Source: an uncultured archaeon
Lineage (GTDB): Archaea; Aenigmatarchaeota; Aenigmatarchaeia; CG10238-14; SCSR01
Reading direction: 5' to 3'
NCBI GenBank assembly: GCA_964512235.1
Contig: CAZEGD010000004.1
Location: 33,557 to 97,556, forward strand
DNA length: 64,000 nucleotides
The notes below the pieces were generated by a model, which saw nothing but the letters and a program-made list of their open reading frames with translations, was not told the DNA's origin and made no database searches. The position numbers and the translations under genes are program-made. This document shows, piece after piece, positions 1 through 10,398 of the stretch (positions are counted from its first letter, which is position 1; every line of letters begins with the position of its first letter).

Positions 1-332
1 CTGAACAATAGCGCACCTATGCCGCCGATGACTGTGAGCTTGATGGCTTCATAGCCACGGCCTTCATGCAGCAGCCTATGACCTGGTAATACAGATAAAG
101 CAGTGTCAGCGTCAGGTGCTCCCAAGTATATGCTCGGTATCATGTCGACAAACATCTCTGTCATACCAATCGCAACAATCATCACAATGCTCTGGTACGG
201 GCCAAGGCCAATGGCAGCGGATAGTATAAGCACCAACGGTATGGTAGTGTTCACATGCAACCCCGGACAAACACCTGCAAACACACCTATACCAATGCCT
301 ATGAATAGGAATAAAATCGTTTCAAGAAGCAT
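1..332 (-). CDS. TctA-family (DUF112) integral membrane protein, N-terminal part; the gene runs off the left edge
   Basis: Own translation of the minus strand from ATG 332-330: MLLETILFLFIGIGIGVFAGVCPGLHVNTTIP...YLGAPDADTALSVLPGHRLLHEGRGYEAIKL. The PGxHVNT and SVLPGHRLL motifs are recalled from archaeal TctA/DUF112 proteins. Absent from the ORF track because it is truncated. Confidence 0.5.
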   Translation of the reverse strand, partial: MLLETILFLFIGIGIGVFAGVCPGLHVNTTIPLVLILSAAIGLGPYQSIVMIVAIGMTEMFVDMIPSIYLGAPDADTALSVLPGHRLLHEGRGYEAIKLTVIGGIGALLF

Positions 333-726
333 AACCATCCTCCATGAGTCTTATATCACTCGTCTTTCTCGGAATAATCTGTAACTGTCCTAGGTATTCA
401 CCTACCAGACCATCGACTTCAAGTACATCCCCACGATGAAAGTTTGGATTTATCCCATCAGTTTTCATAGAACTCACAAAACCTGCAAACAATGGAACTT
501 GTAGGGTTGAACTACCATCCGAAAGCGTGAGGAATATGTGACCGTTCGGATGCTTGCTTACATAGCTCACGTACCCTGTTGTTGCGACGCTACGACCGGT
601 TAGGTCAAAATTTATCTCACTGAGCAATATTTGTCTGGGTTGTATGTTCACTGCGGCAATGTAGATAAGAAGCATGCCAGCTAGGGATGAGACTAGGCAA
701 ATTATAGTAATTGTTCGGTCTTCCAT
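322..726 (-). CDS. Membrane-anchored OB-fold (nucleic-acid-binding-like) domain protein
   Basis: 134 aa with an ATG start. One N-terminal TM helix, then a beta-rich domain (VATTGYVSYVSKHPNGHIFLTLSDGSSTLQVPLF...GDVLEVDGLVGEYLGQLQI) typical of tRNA_anti-like OB folds. Confidence 0.5.
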   Translation of the reverse strand: MEDRTITIICLVSSLAGMLLIYIAAVNIQPRQILLSEINFDLTGRSVATTGYVSYVSKHPNGHIFLTLSDGSSTLQVPLFAGFVSSMKTDGINPNFHRGDVLEVDGLVGEYLGQLQIIPRKTSDIRLMEDGYAS

Positions 727-782
727 AATTGAGTTGCAATGGCTGCGACCGAAATAAATTTAGGACTACATTTGGTGGTGTA

Positions 783-1124
783 TTAACATGTTACATGCAT
801 ATACGCTACAACCCGTTTTCCATTCCCAACAAATATGTTAAACCTATTTATAGCCTCAGGCGTTGGCTTAACAACCAATCTCACTTTCTTATCTTTTGCA
901 AACTTCCTTACATCCTCGCTGACTTTCATGTCGCCATACTGGCCGGTACCGATGACTACAATGTCTGACCGCTCGAACAAAAGCTTTAGGAAATCAGACT
1001 CGCCGATCTCGTGCCTAACCTCTGTCCTAGCTTCCTTGACCCTACCCTCCCAAGTCACCACTACATCGCTATCATAAGTCTTTCCATCAATCGTTATCGA
1101 GCCGAAACGCGTAGAGTCAATCAT
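783..1124 (-). CDS. Mth938-like domain protein (DUF498)
   Basis: 113 aa with an ATG start. FGSITIDGKTYDSDVVV...DIVVIGTGQYGDMKV...VVKPTPEAINRFN matches the Mth938 family pattern as I recall it. Confidence 0.55.
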   Translation of the reverse strand: MIDSTRFGSITIDGKTYDSDVVVTWEGRVKEARTEVRHEIGESDFLKLLFERSDIVVIGTGQYGDMKVSEDVRKFAKDKKVRLVVKPTPEAINRFNIFVGNGKRVVAYMHVTC

Positions 1125-1165
1125 ACTTATCTACTAAATTTATTATTAAAAATCTAAATTAACTT

Positions 1166-1876
1166 ATGCCAAAGCATCCAAAGAACTTTAATATCAAATT
1201 TGTGTTCTCACATATGCCACTTGCGGTTGTCTACTTTTTCATCGGATCTTCTCTGGGCACGATTGTAAGTTTTTTACTCTTTTTCTTGAACAGGGATTTT
1301 CTTGTCTACATACTTGAAATCTGGTTTAGGCGGCTGATGATTGGAATAAATCTGCTTGGCGGACACCAGACGCTCTGGTTCATACTCAATAACATAGTTG
1401 CACTCATGCTTGTTATCTTCGCGTCCGTGCTGATATTTTCCTTTGTGCTGAGAAGGAAAAATATACCAAAGCGTTTTAAAAGATTCAATAGTCTAGAACG
1501 GCACAATCCAAAGATAACTCTTTACAGTGCATATATGATACCGATAGGGGCGCTTATGATAAACGGGTTCCTTGTGAGCCTTTTCCTGACTTATGCATTA
1601 TTCAACTACGGGATTGAGAAAGCAACATCGGCTGTGATACTAATGGTGCCGCATGGTATGAATGAGATTATGTCCTTGTTCATCGCGTGTTCACTCGGGC
1701 TTGCATATTTGAAAATCCTCTCGCCGATGATAAAGAAGAAACAGATAGATAAATCAATAAAAGTCGGCAAAGCTTTGCTACTTTCGAAAACTACGCTTAT
1801 CTTTATTGTATTGATAGCAATACTTGTCGTGTTCAGCGGCTTTGTAGAGGGAATGCTCGTTCAATTCGTTATATGA
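1166..1876 (+). CDS. Polytopic membrane protein, SpoIIM-like (DUF95)
   Basis: 236 aa with about 6 hydrophobic helices. VPHGMNEIMSLFIACSLG resembles the HGxxEIP motif of the SpoIIM family. Confidence 0.4.
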   Translation: MPKHPKNFNIKFVFSHMPLAVVYFFIGSSLGTIVSFLLFFLNRDFLVYILEIWFRRLMIGINLLGGHQTLWFILNNIVALMLVIFASVLIFSFVLRRKNIPKRFKRFNSLERHNPKITLYSAYMIPIGALMINGFLVSLFLTYALFNYGIEKATSAVILMVPHGMNEIMSLFIACSLGLAYLKILSPMIKKKQIDKSIKVGKALLLSKTTLIFIVLIAILVVFSGFVEGMLVQFVI

Positions 1877-1879
1877 AAA

Positions 1880-4800
1880 TTAAGAAAATGATATTTCGAC
1901 TACTTTGCCCTTGAATTCCAGTTTGCCTTTGCGCTTGCCTGCAAGCTTGCCAACATCTATAACTTTTGCACCAACCTCTTTCTTCAATTCATCCTTGCGG
2001 CTTTGTAGGAGCTCGTTCGTTTCTTTGCCCGAGCTTATCGTTAGAGTTATGCTGTCTTTGACATTGTAGCCATGCTTCTTGCGCATACTCTGGATTTTTC
2101 GCACGACTTCTCTCATGAGGACTTCATCTTCATCAAAATCTTTCGATACAAACACTACAGCATCTTTAATCTTGGCTTGTGTGAAATCACCCTTTGGAGC
2201 TTTCTTTGCAGCTTCCACGCTAGTGACATTGCACATAATCTTCAGCACATCATTCAATTCCTTTACAGCTGACAAAGTCGTCTTATCTTCAGACGCTACA
2301 ACCAACTTTTTCAGAGGCCATCTCAATTTCAAGTCAGCTGACTGCCGGGCAGAGTAGCACGCATCTATCAGTCTTTTAGCAGCTTCCATTTCTTTCTCTA
2401 GTTTTCTATTTACCAGTTTCTTATTCACTTTTGGCCATTTTGTGAGATGGACAGATTCCTCTGCTTTCTTGTCAAATCCTCTCACCAAGTTCTGGTATAT
2501 CTCTTCGGATATGTAGGGAGATATTGGTGCCATGAGTCTGGCAAGTGTAACTAGGACTTCGTAAAGTGTTGCTAAAGCAACCTGCTTGCTCTTGCCACTT
2601 TCGCTAACCCATACACGGTCGCGTATGAGTTTTATATAGAATCTGCTCAGATCGTTAACGACGAAATCCATGAGTGTGCGTCCAGTCCGATGGAACTCAA
2701 AATTCTCAAAATAATCTTTAATCTCCGGAATTATGCTGTTGATCCTCGAAAGCAGCCATCTATCCTCTACGTTCAGATTCTTACCAATTCCAGGCTTGAA
2801 ATCTTTTGTACAATATGTTGTGAAAAATGAGTAGCTGTTCCAGAGGATGTTCATTGACCGGCGAATTTCCTCTGCCGTACGGAGGCTGAATTTTTGAGTC
2901 TCCCAAGCAGGCAATTCCCAACAATAGTACATACGTAGTACGTCCGAGCTGAGCTTTTCTAAAGCATCACCCGCCCACACAACATTCCCCAAACTCTTAC
3001 TCATCTTTTTACCTTTTTCATCAAGCACCCAACCGTTTAGCGCTGCTGCATCGTAGGATGAACGGTCAAATGCAGCTATACCACAGAAAAGCATGCTATA
3101 GAACCAGCCACGTATTTGGTCCTGACTCTCATCGATTAAATCAACCGGCCACAGTTTGTCAAAGAGTTCTTTACTTCCTTTTTTATGCGGATAACCAAGT
3201 GACGCCCATGGAGCTATGCCAGATTCAAACCAAACATCCACTATGTCTGGAATCCTTCGCATCTTCGCTTCACAATTGCTACAAACCAACTCTACTTTGT
3301 CAACTACATGCTTATGCAGATCCAGTTGCTTAGGTAGCTTATTGGATGCCTTTTCCCTGAGTTCAGCCTCAGAACCTATGACTTCCTTTTTGCCACATTT
3401 CTCACAAACCCAGACTGGTAATGGTATTCCCCAGTATCGCTGGCGTGATATACACCAGTCTACTACATCATCAAGCCAATTTCTCATCCTCTCTCGTGCA
3501 AACTCGGGAAGCCATTTTATGGACTCATTCGCACTTATCATCTTACCCTTTATTGTATCGACTGAAAAGAACCACTGCTTGCTCAGGCGATATATCAATG
3601 GGCTCTTGCACCGCCAGCACAGCGGGTAAGAATGCGTAACCCAACCAAAATGCAAAAGCATCCCCCTCTTCTCAAGTTTTTCTGCAATTTTTTTGTCCGC
3701 ATCTTTCACAAATGCCCCCCTGAACTCGCCTGCATCTTCTGTAAACTTGCCCTCGTCATCCACTGGCGAAACGGCAGGCAATCTATAGTGCAATCCCATA
3801 TAATGATCTTCCGGCCCATGACCTGGTGCGACATGCACGCTACCCGAGCCTTCATCTATTGTCACAAAGTCGAAGAACTCTCCCTTACTACCTTTACTTT
3901 CAGCTTCAAGTGCATGCTTGTAAGACTTTGACTTCAGAACTGGAATGGACAAAATTATCTTGTGCGCGTTTGCTTCTTTTTTCAGCTTCTGCTGCACTGG
4001 TGTCTCAAGCACCGGCAAATATTTTATGCCTTCAAGTTCCTTGCCTAAGAACTTCTCCTGTATTTCATACTCAAGCTTGCAAATCTCCTTGAGCACAGGT
4101 TCCACGCGCTCCTCAGCCATTACCAGTACATCATTTCCAACCTTCACTCTTACATAGTATTTGTCCGGCCTCACTGCTATAGCCACGTTGCTCACTAGAG
4201 TCCAAGGCGTAGTCGTGAAAATTACTATGTACTCATTCTTCTTGCCCTTGATTGGGAACTTGACGTATATGTACGGGTCTTTCACATCCGCATAGCTGTC
4301 AGTCACTTCATAGCCGGCAAGTGCAGTCTCACAGTGCGGGCACCAGAATGTAGATTTTTCGCCTTGTACGAGCATACCTTTCTCGAACAACTGCTTTACA
4401 GTCCACCATCCAGACTCTATGTAATAATTCTCCAGCGTCAAGTACGGCTCGTGCCAGCCACGCCAATCACCAAGTATGCGATATAGCTTGAGCCATTCCT
4501 TTTCATTGCCAAGAGCATGCTTTCGGCATGCTTCTATGAATTTGTCAACACCCATCTCTTCTATCTGCTTCTTCGAAGTTATGCCAAGTTCACGCTCGAC
4601 CATATTCTCTATAGGCAGGCCATGGCAGTCAAACCCCGGCTGCAGCCAGACGTTAAAGCCCTGCATTGCTTTAAACCGGGACCATACGTCTTTTAGCGTA
4701 CGTGTCTTTATGTGACCGACATGCGCGCGTGCATTCACATATGGCGGGCCATCCAGGAGATAGAATTTCTTCTTCTTACTATTTTTAAAATTGCTAATGT

Positions 4801-4891
4801 TCTGCGGGACATTCTTGTCTTCCCAGAACTTTCTAATGCCGCTTTCAATCTCTTTTGCGTTATACTGACCTTTAACCTCTTTTACCGCCAT
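1880..4891 (-). CDS. ileS: Isoleucyl-tRNA synthetase
   Basis: 1003 aa. Contains PPYVNARAHVGH (HIGH), GFDCHGLPIE, FWCPHCETALAGYEV and KMSKSLGN. Size and motifs fit archaeal IleRS. Confidence 0.93.
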   Translation of the reverse strand: MAVKEVKGQYNAKEIESGIRKFWEDKNVPQNISNFKNSKKKKFYLLDGPPYVNARAHVGHIKTRTLKDVWSRFKAMQGFNVWLQPGFDCHGLPIENMVERELGITSKKQIEEMGVDKFIEACRKHALGNEKEWLKLYRILGDWRGWHEPYLTLENYYIESGWWTVKQLFEKGMLVQGEKSTFWCPHCETALAGYEVTDSYADVKDPYIYVKFPIKGKKNEYIVIFTTTPWTLVSNVAIAVRPDKYYVRVKVGNDVLVMAEERVEPVLKEICKLEYEIQEKFLGKELEGIKYLPVLETPVQQKLKKEANAHKIILSIPVLKSKSYKHALEAESKGSKGEFFDFVTIDEGSGSVHVAPGHGPEDHYMGLHYRLPAVSPVDDEGKFTEDAGEFRGAFVKDADKKIAEKLEKRGMLLHFGWVTHSYPLCWRCKSPLIYRLSKQWFFSVDTIKGKMISANESIKWLPEFARERMRNWLDDVVDWCISRQRYWGIPLPVWVCEKCGKKEVIGSEAELREKASNKLPKQLDLHKHVVDKVELVCSNCEAKMRRIPDIVDVWFESGIAPWASLGYPHKKGSKELFDKLWPVDLIDESQDQIRGWFYSMLFCGIAAFDRSSYDAAALNGWVLDEKGKKMSKSLGNVVWAGDALEKLSSDVLRMYYCWELPAWETQKFSLRTAEEIRRSMNILWNSYSFFTTYCTKDFKPGIGKNLNVEDRWLLSRINSIIPEIKDYFENFEFHRTGRTLMDFVVNDLSRFYIKLIRDRVWVSESGKSKQVALATLYEVLVTLARLMAPISPYISEEIYQNLVRGFDKKAEESVHLTKWPKVNKKLVNRKLEKEMEAAKRLIDACYSARQSADLKLRWPLKKLVVASEDKTTLSAVKELNDVLKIMCNVTSVEAAKKAPKGDFTQAKIKDAVVFVSKDFDEDEVLMREVVRKIQSMRKKHGYNVKDSITLTISSGKETNELLQSRKDELKKEVGAKVIDVGKLAGKRKGKLEFKGKVVEISFS

Positions 4892-5084
4892 CTACAAACC
4901 TCTATTAAGAATTATATGGTGAATTCTAAATAAAACAGAAGTAGATTCATGCAACGATCCGATATTCACCCTTCATCAAACCACTTAGGAGTAATTTTAC
5001 AAGCTCAGGTATTTAAGAATTTGCTAAACCACTATCTTTTAAACATCGTCATTTTTAATAATAATTAAGTGAAAGGTAGATGGT

Positions 5085-6293
5085 ATGAAATTCCAACCGC
5101 CAAAGGGTACAAGGGATCTTATGCCGGAGGACGCGGCAAAGATGAAGAAAATAATAGAGACAGTGGAGACTATCTTTGAGCAATATGGCTTCGAGCCGTT
5201 GGTAACTCCTGCTTTTGAGAGCTTTGAACTGCTCTCAGCAAAAGGCGGACTTGGCGAAGCAGTAAAAGATGAGATTTATTATTTTAAGGACAAAAGCGAA
5301 CGCGAACTGGGATTGCGGTTCGACCTTACAATGCCACTTGCACGCATTGTTTCAAGCAACCCACAGATACCAAAGCCCTTCAAGCGATATTCAATCTGCA
5401 AAGTCTGGCGGTACGATAACCCACAGGCTCTGCGTTATAGGGAATTCTGGCAGGCCGACGTTGACACAATAGGTTCGGCAGGCTTGGATGCAGACGCAGA
5501 AGTGATAGCTGTAGCGTGCAAAGTCTTGGAAGCACTCGGCTTCAAGGATTTTAAAATTAGGGTAAACGACAGGAGAATTCTGGATAGCTTCCTAAAATCT
5601 GTTGGAATTGAAGAACCAAAAGAAGTCTTTAGGACTATAGACAAACTGGACAAGATTGGAGAAGACGGTATAAAGGATGAATTGAAAGGCAAAGGTGTAG
5701 ACGAGAAGAAAGTCAAAAAGATATTGAAATTTATAAAGTCCAGCAAGAAGAACAAACTCCACCAGCTGTTGAAGAAATTGTCTGCATATGGCTGTAAAAA
5801 ATACATAGAAGTGGACTTCAGTCTAGTGCGTGGATTGGAATATTATACAAGCATAGTCTTTGAAGCCAGTCTTGGGGCGAATGTAAGCTGCGGTGGCGGA
5901 GGAAGATATGACAATTTGATAAAAACTGTTGGTGGTACTGATTTACCAGCTACCGGTATTTCTCTGGGCTTAGACAGAATCCTTGAGGTGATGAAAGAAA
6001 AGGAAATGGGAGAAAAGAAGACAAATGTTAAAGTTTTTGTGGCAAACATAGAAGACACTGTCAAAGACACAATAAAGATTGCAGAGAAGATTAGAAAGAA
6101 AAATATATCATGCCAGACAAATTTGATGGGTTGGAATCTCACTAAGCAGTTGGAATATGCAAACAAAGTCGGCATACCATATGTGATAATTGTAGGCGAG
6201 AAGGAAATGAAGAGCAAGAAATTCAAGCTAAGGGATATGAAAAGCAAAAGTGAAGAAGAGCTTGAATTAAGAGAAATAATTAAGAGATTATAG
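5085..6293 (+). CDS. hisS: Histidyl-tRNA synthetase
   Basis: 402 aa. PKGTRDLMPED, RYDNPQALRYREFWQ, LVRGLEYYT and GGGRYDNL are class-II HisRS motifs. Confidence 0.93.
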   Translation: MKFQPPKGTRDLMPEDAAKMKKIIETVETIFEQYGFEPLVTPAFESFELLSAKGGLGEAVKDEIYYFKDKSERELGLRFDLTMPLARIVSSNPQIPKPFKRYSICKVWRYDNPQALRYREFWQADVDTIGSAGLDADAEVIAVACKVLEALGFKDFKIRVNDRRILDSFLKSVGIEEPKEVFRTIDKLDKIGEDGIKDELKGKGVDEKKVKKILKFIKSSKKNKLHQLLKKLSAYGCKKYIEVDFSLVRGLEYYTSIVFEASLGANVSCGGGGRYDNLIKTVGGTDLPATGISLGLDRILEVMKEKEMGEKKTNVKVFVANIEDTVKDTIKIAEKIRKKNISCQTNLMGWNLTKQLEYANKVGIPYVIIVGEKEMKSKKFKLRDMKSKSEEELELREIIKRL

Positions 6294-6386
6294 GTATATT
6301 TTCAAACCATCTTTAGAATCTCCGAGTGGTAGCAAGTAAAGAATAATATGTAAAAGTCGTGCACAGAGGCACGCATCGGCTTAAGC

Positions 6387-6509
6387 TTAGATTACCATCG
6401 CTCCTGAAAACATCGCCTTATCTTCAAGCACTAAGCCACATTTTCCACAGGTTAAGCCTTCATGGTTTCTTATCAATTTAGAGCTTCCACATTCCGGACA
6501 TTTTTCCAT
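6387..6509 (-). CDS. 40-aa stand-alone zinc-ribbon protein resembling the TFIIB N-terminal ribbon
   Basis: Own translation: MEKCPECGSSKLIRNHEGLTCGKCGLVLEDKAMFSGAMVI, with CxxC-x14-CxxC. Below the ORF-track size cutoff. Lies in an otherwise empty 440-nt gap. Confidence 0.4.
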   Translation of the reverse strand: MEKCPECGSSKLIRNHEGLTCGKCGLVLEDKAMFSGAMVI

Positions 6510-6769
6510 ATTTTTTCACCAATTTTATAACTTTACTTGTTGATTAAAACAATACAACGAACATTTAAAAGCTTTTTGTATATGAAAAACAACCATTTAA
6601 GCTTATGCTAGTGTCATGCTTGAAAGGTAAGAACTTAAATAGAAATCTTTAAAAGGCAGGTCTCCAATACAGTATTGAATAGAAGTAAGAGAAAATGTTT
6701 GAGAAAAAAGCAAGGACTAATTCTTACTGAATTGAAATGAAATTAGAAAAGTTAGAGGGAGTGATTAGA

Positions 6770-8572
6770 ATGATAAATAGATTAATTCCTGATACGTCAG
6801 TGATTATTAACGGTACGCTCTCAGAACTTATAGAATCTGACGAGCTAAAGAACATAGAGATTGTTATACCGATAGCTGTACTGGATGAATTGCAGGCACA
6901 AGCTTCTAAAGGAAGGGAATCTGGCTTTATAGGTCTGGAAGAGATTAAGCATCTGCGAGAAGTATGCAAAAAGAAGAAGATTAAACTTAGGTTCACAGGC
7001 GAAAGGCCAAGCCTGGAAGATATAAAGCTTGCAAAAGCCGGCAGGGTTGACGCAATCATACGTGACGTAGCTAAGCACGAACCGGGCGAGCTCATCACAT
7101 CGGACTACGTGCAGGCTCTGGTAGCAGAAGCGGAAGGTGTGAAAGTAAGATACTTTGCGCTGGAAATAAAGACTACCGGGCTGGAGTTTGAGAAGTTCTT
7201 CACAGAGGATACCATCAGTGTTCATTTGAAAGAAGATGTGGAGCCTCTGGCGAAGAGAGGTAAGCCTGGAAAGTTCAAGCTTGTAAAATTGAGTAAAGAA
7301 CCGATGGAGAAGGAACAGCTAGAAAAGATGATTAAGGAAATCAATGATGCGGTAAGGAAGGTTGAGAAAGCATCGGTGGAAATCAGCATGCGGGGCGCGT
7401 TAGTGCTACAGCTTGGTCAATATAGGATTGCAATAGCAAGGCCGCCTTTTTCAGATGGGTTGGAAGTGACAATTGTAAGACCGATAATTAAGATGAGCTT
7501 GGAGGATTACAAGCTGTCGTCAAAGCTTATGAAGCGCTTGCGTGAAAGGGCGGAAGGTGTGTTGATAGCAGGTCCGCCCGGTAGTGGCAAGACTACGCTT
7601 GCGAGTGGCTTGGCTGAATTCTATCGTAGGCAGGACAAAATAGTAAAGACTTTGGAATCGCCACGCGATTTGCAAGTCGGTCCGGAGATTACACAATACG
7701 CGCCGCTTGAAGGCAAGTTCGAAAAGACAGCAGACATACTCCTGCTTGTCAGGCCGGACTATTCCATATTCGACGAAGTGAGGAAGCCCAACGACTTCGC
7801 AGTATTCGCGGATTTGCGGCTGGCCGGTGTAGGCATGATTGGAGTCGTGCATGCAAGCAAGGCAATAGATGCAATACAAAGATTTATGGGAAAGATTGAT
7901 TTAGGTATGATACCGCACGTGATTGACACCATAATCTTCGTGGATGCTGGAGAAGTGAAGAAAGTATACGAGCTTAGCATGTCTGTGAAAGTCCCGTCAG
8001 GTATGAAAGAAGCAGACTTAGCTAGGCCTGTAGTGGAAGTGAAGAACTTTGAGAGTGGCAAACTAGAGTATGAAATCTACACGTTTGGTGAAGAGAACAT
8101 AGTTCTCCCCGTGCAAGCCGCAGCCGAGAGCAGCGGCCTGAAGAAACTTGCAGCCGAGCGTATAATGCAGGAAATTAAAAAGTTCGATCCACATGCAGAA
8201 GTTGAGTTTACATCTGACAGCAGAGTGACAGTGAGAATGGACAATGAAAGAATAGGGAAAATAATAGGTAGAGAAGGTGCAACAATAAATAAATTGCAAG
8301 ATCGACTAGGTATACACATAGATGTAGAACCGAAGGTACCTACACTTGGTGAAGAATTGGAATTTAGGCTAGAAGAAAAGGGGAACTCAATAGAACTCAT
8401 TTTCGGCAGACAACATGTAGGCGAAAGTGCAAACATATATGTGGATGAAGAATTTGTATTTTCTGCAATAATCGGCAAAAAGGCAAAGATAAAAGTCACA
8501 AAACGGTCGGATATTGGAAAGAATCTGTTGAAGGCTGTAGCCAGCAACAAAGAAATACGCGTGATGGCCTAA
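6770..8572 (+). CDS. PIN domain / PilT-like ATPase / KH domain protein (COG1855-type)
   Basis: N-terminal LIPDTSVIINGTL (PIN), Walker A GPPGSGKTT, and C-terminal KIIGREGATINKLQDRLG (KH). Start moved to ATG 6770, which is preceded by GAGGGAG; ATG 6737 is also possible. Confidence 0.85.
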   Translation: MINRLIPDTSVIINGTLSELIESDELKNIEIVIPIAVLDELQAQASKGRESGFIGLEEIKHLREVCKKKKIKLRFTGERPSLEDIKLAKAGRVDAIIRDVAKHEPGELITSDYVQALVAEAEGVKVRYFALEIKTTGLEFEKFFTEDTISVHLKEDVEPLAKRGKPGKFKLVKLSKEPMEKEQLEKMIKEINDAVRKVEKASVEISMRGALVLQLGQYRIAIARPPFSDGLEVTIVRPIIKMSLEDYKLSSKLMKRLRERAEGVLIAGPPGSGKTTLASGLAEFYRRQDKIVKTLESPRDLQVGPEITQYAPLEGKFEKTADILLLVRPDYSIFDEVRKPNDFAVFADLRLAGVGMIGVVHASKAIDAIQRFMGKIDLGMIPHVIDTIIFVDAGEVKKVYELSMSVKVPSGMKEADLARPVVEVKNFESGKLEYEIYTFGEENIVLPVQAAAESSGLKKLAAERIMQEIKKFDPHAEVEFTSDSRVTVRMDNERIGKIIGREGATINKLQDRLGIHIDVEPKVPTLGEELEFRLEEKGNSIELIFGRQHVGESANIYVDEEFVFSAIIGKKAKIKVTKRSDIGKNLLKAVASNKEIRVMA

Positions 8573-9621
8573 AGAAGATCCATATCCCAACCTTGTAGAA
8601 TGAATTTAATTCTCTTTCCTATTTTCAGCAGCAGCTTTAGCTTTAGGTCGGAACCATGCAGCAATCTGCTGTAAAGCATACCACGCTTTATGGGTCTCTT
8701 CAATTTCTTTTTCCATTTTTTATCATATTCACGCCTTAGGAATCTTGCATCAAATCTGTTTTCACGCAAAGCTCTTACACAAGCTCGGCTACAGAAAGTT
8801 GCACTGATAAGACCGTAAATCACACCACCGCCTGAAAACGGTTTAACTTGGCATGCAGCATCACCTACTAACAATACCCTTTCTGCAACCGTGTCCATCA
8901 AACCAAAATTGATTGTACCTGCAACATCCGGTTTCTTAGTCTTGCCAATCCTAGATTTCAAGAAACTGTCAAAGTACTGCCTAGCTTTATTCTTTGTTGC
9001 AATTCCAATCCTTGCTTTATGTAAACTCAGTGGAATAACCCATCCGAAGAATTCTGGCGAGATGTCCTTGCCAAACCAAAGCTCTACAGAGTCTTTATCA
9101 AATTTGCCATTTACAGTTGCCTGTACGCCAATCAGCTTGTTGTCAGGTTGCTTTAGTTTAGCTTGGCTTGCAACTATAGAATTAGGACCATCAGCACCAA
9201 CAAGAATCTTAGCTTCAAACATACCTTTTGTAGTCTTCACTTTTATAGAATCTTTTGTTCGAGTAAAACTGATGAATCTAGTACCAAGTCTTATTTTTGC
9301 TTTCCTTTTAGCACGTTTGTACAAATATTTGTCCAGTTTTGCACGGTCAATGACATATACTGGCTTATCTGAATTTAATTCAAAGTTGACTGAATGTGAA
9401 GAGAATTTTGCACGATTTACAGTATTGATGATAATATTCTTTGGTAGTCTAGGAAGTAGTTCTTTCAATCGCCAACTGACTAGACCAGCACACTGCACAG
9501 GTTTGCCTACGCTTTTGTGCTCTTCAATTACAAGCACTTCGTACCCTTTACTAGAAATCAGTTCAGCTGTCCGACAGCCGGCAGGTCCAGCACCAATAAC
9601 GATTACGTCGTAATTTGGCAT
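8569..9621 (-). CDS. Geranylgeranyl reductase family flavoprotein
   Basis: 350 aa. YDVIVIGAGPAGCRTAE dinucleotide-binding motif, GKPVQCAGLVS and LLVGDAACQVKPFSGGG. Confidence 0.85.
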   Translation of the reverse strand: MPNYDVIVIGAGPAGCRTAELISSKGYEVLVIEEHKSVGKPVQCAGLVSWRLKELLPRLPKNIIINTVNRAKFSSHSVNFELNSDKPVYVIDRAKLDKYLYKRAKRKAKIRLGTRFISFTRTKDSIKVKTTKGMFEAKILVGADGPNSIVASQAKLKQPDNKLIGVQATVNGKFDKDSVELWFGKDISPEFFGWVIPLSLHKARIGIATKNKARQYFDSFLKSRIGKTKKPDVAGTINFGLMDTVAERVLLVGDAACQVKPFSGGGVIYGLISATFCSRACVRALRENRFDARFLRREYDKKWKKKLKRPIKRGMLYSRLLHGSDLKLKLLLKIGKRIKFILQGWDMDLL

Positions 9622-9651
9622 AATGAGAACTTAGACTAAGAAGCTTTAAAT

Positions 9652-10359
9652 TTATCTTCCGAAATTCTTTTGCATAGAATTGTACCATTCTATAGCTTTT
9701 ATCAGCTCAGCTTTGCTAAAGTCCGGCCAGAGTGTTTCGGTAAAATAGATTTCGGCATATGCTGCCTGCCAGAGCATAAGATTAGAAAGCCTGCTCATAC
9801 CACCAGTACGAATAACTAAATCAACTGGGACAGACACTAACAAGTTCTTGTTTACCACCTTTTCAGACACTTCAATGCGTCCAGTCTTTATTGTCCTCTC
9901 CGCAATCTTTCTCATAACTTTAGTTAATTCAAACTTGCTACTATATGCTATTAGGATGTTCAGCGCTTTCTTCTGATATTTTGCAGTCTTTTGCATTATC
10001 TTCCCCATAAGCCTTACAAGCTTCGGCGGCAGTCTGTCAAGGTCGCCTACAAAACGTACTTTTACCTCATACTTTTTAAAAATTGATTTTTCCTTTTCCC
10101 ATCTTTTTAGAAAGTCGGAAAATACGTTAAATATTTCATCCAACTCCTTCTTTGGCCTGTTTAAGTTTTCAGTTGATAGGACATAGGCTGATACATGTGG
10201 CACGCCTAGCTCTAGACACCAGTTCAACATACTCTCAAAATTCTTTCCGCCTTGTTTATGACCGAATAGATTCAATCTGTTCTTGTGCGCCCATCTACGG
10301 TTGCCGTCCAGAATGAACGCTATATGATTAGGTACACTCATTCCATTTTCCTTGACCAT
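9652..10359 (-). CDS. uppS: Cis-prenyltransferase (undecaprenyl diphosphate synthase family)
   Basis: 235 aa. HIAFILDGNRRWA, TENLNRPKKEL, IRTGGMSRLSNLMLWQAAYAEIYF. Confidence 0.9.
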   Translation of the reverse strand: MVKENGMSVPNHIAFILDGNRRWAHKNRLNLFGHKQGGKNFESMLNWCLELGVPHVSAYVLSTENLNRPKKELDEIFNVFSDFLKRWEKEKSIFKKYEVKVRFVGDLDRLPPKLVRLMGKIMQKTAKYQKKALNILIAYSSKFELTKVMRKIAERTIKTGRIEVSEKVVNKNLLVSVPVDLVIRTGGMSRLSNLMLWQAAYAEIYFTETLWPDFSKAELIKAIEWYNSMQKNFGR

Positions 10360-10398
10360 CCAACCACTTAATTAGTTTAAAATCACTGATTATTTAAG

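Noticed and set aside
8891-9613. Long antisense ORFs opposite well-supported genes. Examples: 8891-9613 opposite the GGR gene, 23049-23597 opposite rad50, 39782-40264 opposite the thermosome, 17267-17728 opposite the surface protein, 55145-55525 opposite the S6e tail, and 103-384 opposite the TctA-like gene.
   Set aside because: Each is fully contained in a gene with clear family motifs on the other strand. Their translations are low-complexity (Ser/Leu/Phe-rich) with no motifs. They are typical shadow ORFs in a genome with few stop codons on the antisense strand.
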